From positions 1 to 52,561 of IMG/VR virus record IMGVR_UViG_3300047560_001441: a stretch of DNA of 52,561 bases; one strand, written 5' to 3'. Under the pieces are notes generated by a model. That model ran no database searches. It had not been told where the DNA came from and saw only the letters and a list, made by a program, of their open reading frames with translations. This DNA comes from a virus. Lineage: Duplodnaviria; Caudoviricetes. A program made the translations under genes and the position numbers. Below are positions 38,579 to 46,422 of this stretch, piece by piece (positions within the stretch are counted from its first letter, which is position 1; each line of letters begins with the position of its first letter).

Positions 38579-39022
38579 ATGGCCTATAAGGGTAGATTCA
38601 AACCTAAGTATATTGAGAAATATAAAGGTGACCCTACTAAAATTACATATAGAAGTATGTGGGAATTGAGATTCATGAGATATCTTGATTCACACCCTTC
38701 TGTTGTCAATTGGGCTTCTGAAGAAGTTATCATTCCCTATGTTAGCCCAGTGGATAAAAGAGTACATAGATATTTTCCCGATTTCTGGGTTAGAATGAAG
38801 TCTGAAGATGGGTCAATAAATACTGTAATAATAGAAATAAAACCTTACAGAGAAACTAAGATTCCTCAAAGACCTGAAAAGTTGACACGTAAATTTATCA
38901 ATGAGGCCAGAACTTATAGTGTCAATGCAGCCAAATGGAAAGCAGCACAAGAGTTTTGTAGTGATAGAAACTGGCAATTTAAAGTGTTAACTGAAAAAGA
39001 ATTAGGACTAGATAAACTATAA
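38579..39022 (+). CDS. gp4: Head completion nuclease gp4 (TnsA-like fold)
   Basis: YKGRFKP..KYKGDP..I.YRSMWE, WASEE..IPY.SP.D..HRYFPDF, EIKP, N.AKWKAA. Confidence 0.93.
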   Translation: MAYKGRFKPKYIEKYKGDPTKITYRSMWELRFMRYLDSHPSVVNWASEEVIIPYVSPVDKRVHRYFPDFWVRMKSEDGSINTVIIEIKPYRETKIPQRPEKLTRKFINEARTYSVNAAKWKAAQEFCSDRNWQFKVLTEKELGLDKL

Positions 39023-39627
39023 TGGGTATCTTTACCAACATACTACAACAAGGTAGAACAGATAGAAAGACCACTGGTATTATAAGACCGGGTACTGATG
39101 AGGCAAGGGATTGGTATAGAGACCTTGCTTTAACTATTAGAAGTGTACAGGTTGATACCATTATAAGAAAAAATCAACAATATAATAGATCTTTTGTTAG
39201 ACCAGGATTTATGTATCTGTTTAATTATGATCCCAAGATGAAAGATGAATTACCATATTATGATAGATTCCCTTTGGTGTTTCCGTTTGAGGCAGATGGG
39301 GATGGATTCTTAGGTATGAATCTTCATTACATACCACCATTATACAGAGCTAGATTAATGGATAATCTTTATGATTTAACTAACAACTCAAGGTTTGATG
39401 AGACCACTAAATTGAGAGCTAGTTATAGTATGTTAAAATCAGCTGCCCGCTATAAATATTTTAAACCTTGTGTAAAAAGATACTTAAATTCCCATGTTAG
39501 AAGCAAATTCTTATTGATACCTTCAAATGAATGGGACTTAGCATTATTTTTACCACTTGAAAGATTTACTAAATCAACAAAACAAAATGTTTACAAAGAA
39601 TCAAGGAAGTTTATAAATGGCGTTTAA
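39022..39627 (+). CDS. gp2: DNA end protector protein gp2
   Basis: MYLF.YDPK.KDELPYYDRFPL, GMNLHY, PCVKRYL..HV.S, W..A.FLP.E.F. Confidence 0.93.
   Translation: MGIFTNILQQGRTDRKTTGIIRPGTDEARDWYRDLALTIRSVQVDTIIRKNQQYNRSFVRPGFMYLFNYDPKMKDELPYYDRFPLVFPFEADGDGFLGMNLHYIPPLYRARLMDNLYDLTNNSRFDETTKLRASYSMLKSAARYKYFKPCVKRYLNSHVRSKFLLIPSNEWDLALFLPLERFTKSTKQNVYKESRKFINGV
39451..39458 (+). promoter_or_regulatory. Possible internal late promoter TATAAATA
   Basis: Exact consensus inside gp2, about 160 nt upstream of the tail-tube-like gene. Confidence 0.4.
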
Positions 39628-40354
39628 TATAAGAGACATGATAGGGGCAATGAATGCTTCAGGAGGATTTACAAAATCCTCTAAGTTTTTTGTTGAAGTC
39701 TATCCTCCTAGAAGTCTTGCCGTAAATCCAAATTTATTTTTTCTTTGTGAGGCTGCCTCATTACCTGGTGTTGGTTTAGCCACAGATGAAATAAGAATGG
39801 CAGGTTATGGTAACGTAGAAAAAAGACCGTATGCACCTGTATTCACTGATATAAATTTAATGTTCTTTAATGATGCTAATAGTAAAGTAATTACTTTCTT
39901 TCATAAATGGGTTCAAAGTGTCTACAATTTTAATGCATCAATGAATCCAAGCAGTACTACACGTTCTGGTCAACCTCAAATGACTCTTAATTATCCTAAT
40001 GAATATAGAGGTATTGTTGAGATTACACATTTTGACGATACAGGTGAACAAGTAGTAAGGTATACTTTACAGGATGCATATCCATTAGCTATTAGTGATA
40101 TTAATGTTGATTGGAATAGTTCAGATCAATTGGTGAGAGTGCCAGTTACTTTTGGTTACACTTATTGGTCTTCAGAAACATTAGATCCTGGATATGTGTC
40201 AGCAAAATCACAGGCCATTTATAATGCAACACAATCTACTGCTTCCCGTGTTGACATGGAAAATAAAGTTATTTGGGAACTATTAAATTTCACTTCACCT
40301 GCTATTGTTCAAAACAGAGTAAACATCTTAGCAGGCGTTTTATCATTTTTATAA
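39617..40354 (+). CDS. Tail tube-fold protein (gp19/gp54-like tail tube initiator)
   Basis: LCEAASLPG, KRPY...F.D..L.F..D, FF..W, Y.L.DAYP..I, VTF.Y.YW. Confidence 0.8.
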   Translation: MAFNIRDMIGAMNASGGFTKSSKFFVEVYPPRSLAVNPNLFFLCEAASLPGVGLATDEIRMAGYGNVEKRPYAPVFTDINLMFFNDANSKVITFFHKWVQSVYNFNASMNPSSTTRSGQPQMTLNYPNEYRGIVEITHFDDTGEQVVRYTLQDAYPLAISDINVDWNSSDQLVRVPVTFGYTYWSSETLDPGYVSAKSQAIYNATQSTASRVDMENKVIWELLNFTSPAIVQNRVNILAGVLSFL

Positions 40355-40371
40355 TATAAGGACTACTTGAC

Positions 40372-41070
40372 ATGGCACTACCAAAAATCAAACACCCAAC
40401 ATATGCTGTTGTTATACCTTCTACTAAGCAAAAAGTAAATATCAGACCCTTTACTGTTCAAGAAGAAAAGCTTCTTCTTATGGCAAGGCAATCTGAAAAT
40501 GCTGATGATTCAATCAACACAATTAAACAAATTATTACAAATTGTATCGTAGAACCAATTGATGTTGATAAGCTTGCCACATTTGACATTGAATATCTTT
40601 TTGTCAAACTAAGAGCTAAATCAGTGGGAGAAATTGTTGAGTTAGATTATAAAGCTCCTGACTCCAATGAAAATATTAAATTTAAAATTAACTTAGATGA
40701 AATTGAAGTAAAATATAAACCCAACCACAGTACTAAATTTTTAATTACTGATGAGGTTGGCGTGGTCATGAGATATCCAACTCTTGGTGAACTTAAACAA
40801 ATAGAAAATGATGCTTTTGCTGATAATAGTGTTACCAATATTCTTTCAAAATGTATAGATAAAATTTATGATAATGAAACCGTATATAGCGATTATACTG
40901 ATTCAGATTTGAAAGAATTTATTAATAGTTTACCTATTGAATCTATGACAAAAATAAGAGAGTTTTTTGAAACAATGCCTTCTCTTGAACATCATACAGT
41001 TATTAAAAACAAGAATGGTAAAGATATTGATATTGAATTAAAGGGAATTAACAATTTTTTTACGTATTGA
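40372..41070 (+). CDS. gp26: Baseplate hub assembly protein gp26
   Basis: MALPKI..PTY...IPST...RPF.V.EEK.LL.A, FDIEYLF.KLRAKSVGE, MRYP, FFETMP, L.GI.NFF. Confidence 0.92.
   Translation: MALPKIKHPTYAVVIPSTKQKVNIRPFTVQEEKLLLMARQSENADDSINTIKQIITNCIVEPIDVDKLATFDIEYLFVKLRAKSVGEIVELDYKAPDSNENIKFKINLDEIEVKYKPNHSTKFLITDEVGVVMRYPTLGELKQIENDAFADNSVTNILSKCIDKIYDNETVYSDYTDSDLKEFINSLPIESMTKIREFFETMPSLEHHTVIKNKNGKDIDIELKGINNFFTY
41054..41062 (+). promoter_or_regulatory. Candidate -1 ribosomal frameshift site (T TTT TTT)
   Basis: AAT TTT TTT ACG TAT TGA ends gp26. The -1 frame reads TTT TTT TAC GTA TTG ACC GGA... directly into gp51. Confidence 0.65.
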
Positions 41071-41243
41071 CCGGATATTCTAGTATCTCGGTCTATTACA
41101 ACACGTTATTTTCATTGGTTCAACACCATAAATATTCATTGACAGAGGTTTATGATATGTATCCATATGAAAGAGATCTATTTTTAGAACTACTAATGAT
41201 GCATATCAAAGAAGTACAAGAAAGAAAAGCACGTGGCGGCTAG
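41067..41243 (+). CDS. gp51: Baseplate hub assembly catalyst gp51-like (not in ORF track)
   Basis: Hand translation LTGYSSISVYYNTLFSLVQHHKYSLTEVYDMYPYERDLFLELLMMHIKEVQERKARGG* matches the YY...F.L.QHHKYSL.E...M.P.ERD pattern. Only a TTG start is available. Confidence 0.85.
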   Translation: MTGYSSISVYYNTLFSLVQHHKYSLTEVYDMYPYERDLFLELLMMHIKEVQERKARGG

Positions 41244-43632
41244 TAAATTTACCGATAAAGAATTTAAAGATTTTCTTAGAAAACAACAAGAAACTAAAGC
41301 TAGTTGGGAAGCTGCAGATGCGGCTGCTAAAAATCTTAATGATGCCGCAGAAAATATGAAACAGAATTCTAAAGAACAATCTAAAATAAGTGATGCTTTA
41401 GGTTCAATGTTCAATAATTTTAAAAATTCTTTTTCATTTGGTGGTGGAAGTTCAGGTGGTGGTAGAGGTGGTGATACTGGCGGTGTTTCTGATGGAGGTG
41501 GCGCTGGCGGCAGAAGAAACAGTGTACCCAATATTTTAAATAATATTTTAAATGTAGATAGAAGTATTTTAAGATTTACCCGAGCTAATAATGATGTATT
41601 ATTTGATATACTTGATGCTATAAGAGGTGATCAAAGACAAAAGATTGAAGAAAGAAGAGAAAGTGCTAGTAGAGCAAAAGTTACTGACAGTACAGGTGCA
41701 TCTGTTGGAAAGGCTCTTACGGGTACAGGTGATCTTTTAAGTGGCGCTGGTAATCTATTAGGTGGTCTTGGTGGTGGCCTGGGAAAACTTTTGGGTGGTG
41801 CAGGTATTGCTGCTTTTTTACTTGGTGCTGGTGATGCTGAGAAAATTAAAAAGAATATAGAAACACTTCTTTCTATTGGTGATGGATATGAAAATAGATT
41901 AGAGTTTCTAAAAGATGGTGGTACTTTAACTGCCATGTTAATTGGCATTGGCCAAGGATTGAAGTATTTTGCTATTGGTGAAGGTGCCACCGTAATAGCT
42001 GATTGGCTTTCTGGTAAACTAGGTCAAGAAAACTGGGCCGAGGGTGTTAAAAATAATATTGCAACTCTTTTATCTATTGCAGATTTACCACACACAACAG
42101 GTGATGTTGCTTGGCTTGCAACATCACTCATGGGTATTGGTGCGGGCCTAGCAGTATTTGGAATTGGTGAAGGTATAAAAGGTGGTGTAGACGGAATAGT
42201 CAAAGGCATTGATTTTCTTACTGGTGAAAACGCTGGTTGGGCTCAAAGGGTATATGATGAATTAGAAACTTTACTATCTATTGCAGAACTTCCTCATAGT
42301 AGTGATGCTGGTTGGTTAGCTGGTGCTTTAACTAAAATAGGATTGGGTCTAGCTATATTTGGTGGTGGTAAAGCTATTGAAGGGTTAAGTCAGGGATTCC
42401 AAGGTATCATTAGTTTCTTTAGTGGTGATAAGGCTGGCTGGGCTAAAAGAATATATGATGAAATGAGTGTGTTACTCTCAATAGCCGAACTTCCACATTC
42501 AGAAGATGGGGCTGTATGGTTACTCAATACTTTAGGTAACATTGGATTAGGCCTTTCTATTTTCAGTATTGGTAAAACTATAGAAGGTGTTGCAGTATCA
42601 TTTCAAAGTATAATTGGTTTCTTCAATGAAGAAAAAAGAGGATTTGCTCAAAGAATATATGATGAAGTAAAGACATTATTATCAATCAATGATCTTCCTC
42701 ACGGACAAGATGAAGGCATTGGATTTTTAAATACAATGGGCAATATTGCCCTTGGCCTTTCTATCTTTGCTGTTGGTAATACACTTGCTGGTGGTTTAAA
42801 TACAGTAAACAAAATACTTGATTTCTTCACAGGTGGAAAAGCTTTTGCTGATCAAATTTATACTCAGGTAGATAAATTATTATCTATTACTCAAATACCA
42901 GCTGCGCAAGATGGTGGTGAAAAATTTTATGCCACCATGAAAAACATTGCTGAAGGATTATTGTTATTCACTGGTTCTAATTTTGCTGCTTCTTTGGTAA
43001 ATGTAGGAACAAGCATTTTAGAATTTTTATCAGGCAAATCAAGTCCCTTTGATAAAATTAGACAACTTGCTAATGATGCAGATAAGCTAGAGAAGGGGGC
43101 CAACGCTCTACAAAAGGTTGCAAATGCACTGTCAACTTTCTCCAATATACAAACTGGTAATCTTGGAGAGATTGACTTTAAAGGTATGGCAGAAAATTTA
43201 GGTACCGCCATACCTTTGTTAAATCTTTTAGCTAAGGGTGGAGTTTTAAAAGCAAATGGTCCATTAAGTTACATTGGATTAGGTAGTGATATTGATTTTG
43301 GAAAAGGAATATTAGATCCTAGTTTGAAATTAGATCAAATGACTGCTGCCATCAGCAAAATAAATTATGTATTGGGTAGAACAACAACACTAGAACCTGT
43401 GCAAGGTAACCAATTATCTAATGCTCAACAGATCAATGGTGCAGCCACTGAAGATAAATCAGCAACACCAACAGTAATAATGCAAGGTGGTGGTCAGGGT
43501 TATCAATCACCAGTAATGACACCACCACCATTACCACCTAGAACAACAGGGGCTGTAAAGACAGCCCCTGATATTTCATTGCAAGAACGCACTATGTATG
43601 ATAAGGCGTATTTTGGTGCCGGCCACCGTTAA
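41233..43632 (+). CDS. Tape-measure-like protein (gp29 positional analogue)
   Basis: Gly/Ala/Leu-rich helical protein after gp26/gp51, with 67-68-aa repeats (W/F)AxRIYDExxTLLSIxxLPH. Confidence 0.65.
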   Translation: MAASKFTDKEFKDFLRKQQETKASWEAADAAAKNLNDAAENMKQNSKEQSKISDALGSMFNNFKNSFSFGGGSSGGGRGGDTGGVSDGGGAGGRRNSVPNILNNILNVDRSILRFTRANNDVLFDILDAIRGDQRQKIEERRESASRAKVTDSTGASVGKALTGTGDLLSGAGNLLGGLGGGLGKLLGGAGIAAFLLGAGDAEKIKKNIETLLSIGDGYENRLEFLKDGGTLTAMLIGIGQGLKYFAIGEGATVIADWLSGKLGQENWAEGVKNNIATLLSIADLPHTTGDVAWLATSLMGIGAGLAVFGIGEGIKGGVDGIVKGIDFLTGENAGWAQRVYDELETLLSIAELPHSSDAGWLAGALTKIGLGLAIFGGGKAIEGLSQGFQGIISFFSGDKAGWAKRIYDEMSVLLSIAELPHSEDGAVWLLNTLGNIGLGLSIFSIGKTIEGVAVSFQSIIGFFNEEKRGFAQRIYDEVKTLLSINDLPHGQDEGIGFLNTMGNIALGLSIFAVGNTLAGGLNTVNKILDFFTGGKAFADQIYTQVDKLLSITQIPAAQDGGEKFYATMKNIAEGLLLFTGSNFAASLVNVGTSILEFLSGKSSPFDKIRQLANDADKLEKGANALQKVANALSTFSNIQTGNLGEIDFKGMAENLGTAIPLLNLLAKGGVLKANGPLSYIGLGSDIDFGKGILDPSLKLDQMTAAISKINYVLGRTTTLEPVQGNQLSNAQQINGAATEDKSATPTVIMQGGGQGYQSPVMTPPPLPPRTTGAVKTAPDISLQERTMYDKAYFGAGHR
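43547..43577 (-). terminator. Intrinsic terminator candidate for gp32 transcript
   Basis: Perfect 10-bp stem CAGGGGCTGT/ACAGCCCCTG with a 4-nt loop (43547-43570), followed by TTGTTCT on the minus strand, about 60 nt past the gp32 stop. Confidence 0.65.
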
Positions 43633-44540
43633 TCGGAAGCCAACTTCTTAAAGAAGCTCAAGTCTTCGTCATCATCATCCCAATTACTCTCTTGCTTTGG
43701 AATAGAAGGAGCAGCTGCTGCCTTTTGAGGAACAGGGAATGCTTCATCTTCATCTACTGAAGATGATTGGCGAGATGAAGAAACATCAACATTACCCAAA
43801 GCCTTCTCAAGACGCATCTTCAATTCATCATAGGACTTGAAGTGTTTGAGATCAAGAAGCTCTTGAAGTGAATGTTGTGATTCCCAGATCTTCTTAATCT
43901 GATCATCATCTTGGGCTACAGGTGAGGGTGAATCAAACTCTGACTTATCATAGTTACGATAACCTTCAACTTGACGAATCTTCAACTTGAAATTAGCACC
44001 ATCCCAGAAGTCAAATGGATTGACTGCCTTCTCATCAGCAAATTGTGGATGCATTGCTTCATTGATCTTATCAAAGATCTTCTTACCATACTTGAACAAG
44101 AATACCTTACCTTCGTTTTCTGGACGGGTAGGATCCTTAACAACAAGAATGTTAGAATAGAAAGAAAGACGGCGCTTCTGCTTGCGTACAATTTCTTTGT
44201 TAGATTCAATTCCAGAGTTCCAGAGCTTTGTGTTCATTTCTGAAACAGGATCTGGCTTCTGAAAAGTGGTCAAACTCTTTTCGATATACCAACCACCAGG
44301 ACCTTGGAACCCATGGTCCCAAATGCGTACGAACGGCACGTCTTCACCAGCTGGGGCGGGAAGAAAACGAATGATCGCATAACCGTTTCCGGCTTTGTCA
44401 ACATCGGGTTTCCAGTAACGGTCGTCGTTGTTTGAGTTGTCCTGGGAAACTTGATTACTGTTGAGCTTGCTGAGCTCGGATGTGAGTTTGTCAAAGTTAG
44501 ACTTACGATTTTGTTTGAGTGCTTCAAAATTAATAGTCAT
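43629..44540 (-). CDS. gp32: Single-stranded DNA-binding protein gp32
   Basis: DDRYWKP.VDKAGNGYAIIRFLPA, HGFQGPGGWYIE, NEGKVFL.KYGKKIFDKI, NPFDFWDGANFKLK, NYDKSEF, acidic tail. Confidence 0.97.
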   Translation of the reverse strand: MTINFEALKQNRKSNFDKLTSELSKLNSNQVSQDNSNNDDRYWKPDVDKAGNGYAIIRFLPAPAGEDVPFVRIWDHGFQGPGGWYIEKSLTTFQKPDPVSEMNTKLWNSGIESNKEIVRKQKRRLSFYSNILVVKDPTRPENEGKVFLFKYGKKIFDKINEAMHPQFADEKAVNPFDFWDGANFKLKIRQVEGYRNYDKSEFDSPSPVAQDDDQIKKIWESQHSLQELLDLKHFKSYDELKMRLEKALGNVDVSSSRQSSSVDEDEAFPVPQKAAAAPSIPKQESNWDDDDEDLSFFKKLASD

Positions 44541-44596
44541 AGTATTCTCCGTTGTGTGTTACGATATATTAATTGTATGATATTTTGTATATAATA

Positions 44597-45169
44597 TCAA
44601 GAGAATTTATTTCTCAAGATACTACAATATTTATCCTTGTCATACTCAAGGAATGGATGTAGCTTCTTACAATTTAAAGCTATTTGTGGCCAAAGAACTG
44701 TGTCAGTAATTTCTTTATTCCATTTAGAAAAGAAACGGACACAATCTTGAATAATGATGAATGACTCTTTGCAGATTTTTTTGCGTGTGAGTAGAGTGAG
44801 AAGATAGGGATAGTCACCAGATTTTACTTCAAAGTTGGCATCAAAGTTTTCTAATAAATTGTCAATATCATTTTCAAATGTATATTGCATTGTTTGCTTA
44901 CGTCTAAGAAAATCATTATATTTAAATTGATGATCAACTGAAAACATATCACCAATCCACATCTTAGAATTTTCAGAAAAATTAGCTACTAAAAATGTCT
45001 TAGGATCTTCATGTTTTGAGAGCTTGTAAAACATATATTTGTCTTTACGAATCTCAAAAGAATGCTCTGATACATTTGTCTTACCATTATACTTTATATA
45101 ATCATAAGAGGAGGATGTAAAGTGATTCTTAAGAGCAACAAATAATTTATAGGCTTCAAAAGGACTCAT
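44597..45169 (-). CDS. gp59: Helicase loader gp59
   Basis: FEAYK...ALKNHFT..YDY.KY.GK...F..RKDKY.F.KL; adjacent to gp32. Confidence 0.92.
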   Translation of the reverse strand: MSPFEAYKLFVALKNHFTSSSYDYIKYNGKTNVSEHSFEIRKDKYMFYKLSKHEDPKTFLVANFSENSKMWIGDMFSVDHQFKYNDFLRRKQTMQYTFENDIDNLLENFDANFEVKSGDYPYLLTLLTRKKICKESFIIIQDCVRFFSKWNKEITDTVLWPQIALNCKKLHPFLEYDKDKYCSILRNKFS

Positions 45170-45405
45170 ATAGGCAATCTACCAGAACGTCTCACAAGGT
45201 TTAAATTTTCTGCTTCAATTTGAATTCTTGCTTTTAATACTGTGCTCTGTTTGATGAGGGAGGCAGCAGTCTCCACTTCAATATTATTAGATTCACAATA
45301 ATGCATAACCGCATCAAAGTATGTTAAATTTTTTACTGATGCTAGCTTGTCTATTTCTTTAACAAAGTCAGCAGAAGATTTTACATTAGCAATTTTCATG
45401 AACAT
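45166..45405 (-). CDS. gp33: Late-promoter transcription co-activator gp33
   Basis: F..EI......Y.DAV.HYCE.NNIEVE....LI...LK..I..EA..LNL...LPI. The start may be 45399. Confidence 0.9.
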   Translation of the reverse strand: MFMKIANVKSSADFVKEIDKLASVKNLTYFDAVMHYCESNNIEVETAASLIKQSTVLKARIQIEAENLNLVRRSGRLPI

Positions 45406-45432
45406 TCTTTTATAATATATGTTGGTAGGATG

Positions 45433-45440
45433 TATAAATA
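45433..45440 (+). promoter_or_regulatory. T4-type late promoter TATAAATA for the endonuclease gene
   Basis: Exact consensus 66 nt upstream of the ATG at 45507. Confidence 0.75.
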
Positions 45441-45506
45441 TATTTGTATTGTGTTAGTCGCGGATGGCCGTCCCACTAACTCTAAATCTGTAAAGGAGAT
45501 TCAGCT

Positions 45507-46001
45507 ATGAACAAACATCATTATACCGGCTATATTTATATTTGGCAAGATACAATTGCAAAATTGTATTATGTAGGTGGCCATTTTGGTAAAGTAGAAG
45601 ATTCATATATTTGTTCTAATAAACCAATGAAGAGAGCATATAAGTTAAGACCTCATACTTTTAAATTTAGAGTGTTAGAATATGTGTTTGGTGATACTAA
45701 AGATTTAAGAATTAAAGAACAAAGATGGCTTAATATGATAAAAGATAGCGAACTGCTTTTATCTGAGAATGTTTTAAATAGAACAGCACGTTATTATAAT
45801 GTTAAGAAAAACGCTGCTGGTGGAAATGGTTTAGGTACAAATAAAGGTAAGTCTACTATAGGTGGTTGGAATAGAGGTCTTAAAGGTGTTCAACTTTACT
45901 CTGATCAAACTAGAAAAAAAATGTCTGATAAAAAGAAAGAATACTGGGCTAGGAAAAAAGGTGAGCCCGTTCTGTTTCTAGGTGGAGCTCATACCCAATG
46001 A
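45507..46001 (+). CDS. Free-standing GIY-YIG (Seg-like) homing endonuclease
   Basis: GYIYIW..YYVG..Y.CS..F.FRVLE..E..W..YYN plus a NUMOD3-like WNRG..SDQTRKKMS tail. It is inverted relative to its neighbours and has SD AAGGAG. Confidence 0.82.
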   Translation: MNKHHYTGYIYIWQDTIAKLYYVGGHFGKVEDSYICSNKPMKRAYKLRPHTFKFRVLEYVFGDTKDLRIKEQRWLNMIKDSELLLSENVLNRTARYYNVKKNAAGGNGLGTNKGKSTIGGWNRGLKGVQLYSDQTRKKMSDKKKEYWARKKGEPVLFLGGAHTQ

Positions 46002-46238
46002 GATCAAGCCGCTAGGCGAGATTCAAATGGAGCGTTATCATTCGCTGCATTTACGAGTTTGCTTCAGTCTCGATCTTGTCTTTACTACACCTGTCGATCC
46101 TATTTCACCCCCATCAAAGATACACCAGCCTGGCCAGCTTTCGTATTAAATACTATAATGGTGTATCTATGGTGGAGGCGGAGGGTATCGCACCCTCGTC
46201 CAGTATGTCTATTCCACTAGATGTCAACAACATCAGCA
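45955..46238 (-). ncRNA. ssrA: Circularly permuted two-piece tmRNA
   Basis: The acceptor piece ends GGACGAGGGTGCGATACCCTCCGCCTCCACCA (CCA end 46170). The intervening segment is 46169-46113. The coding piece starts GGGGGTGAAATAGGATCGAC at 46112. The acceptor stem has G3:U70. The tag frame 46048-46004 encodes AANDNAPFESRLAA*. Outer ends are approximate. Confidence 0.93.
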
Positions 46239-46242
46239 ATTA

Positions 46243-46273
46243 TATTTATAGTATGAAATTAAATAAAAATCAA
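46243..46273 (-). promoter_or_regulatory. Composite promoter for tmRNA: TATAAATA late element with upstream TTGATT
   Basis: The minus strand reads TTGATT, 17 nt, TATAAATA (46250-46243). Confidence 0.65.
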
Positions 46274-46422
46274 CGTTTCTTTTTAACAGAAGAACCTTTC
46301 CACTTAGACCCTCCTGATTTTTTCCATTTAGTTTTACCGTTAGATTTTACTTTACTAAATGTAGAAGATCCTTTTTTATTTTTTACAACTTTAGTATTTT
46401 TTGATTTAAATAAATTAAACAT
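46270..46422 (-). CDS. 50-aa extremely basic peptide (not in ORF track)
   Basis: MFNLFKSKNTKVVKNKKGSSTFSKVKSNGKTKWKKSGGSKWKGSSVKKKR*. It overlaps the upstream gene end by 8 nt and fills the gap before the tmRNA promoter. Confidence 0.6.
   Translation of the reverse strand: MFNLFKSKNTKVVKNKKGSSTFSKVKSNGKTKWKKSGGSKWKGSSVKKKR

Noticed and set aside
46165-46205. Stand-alone tRNA-Ala
   Set aside because: Only a T-arm and acceptor 3' strand are present, with no anticodon arm. The partner strand lies downstream, as expected for permuted tmRNA.
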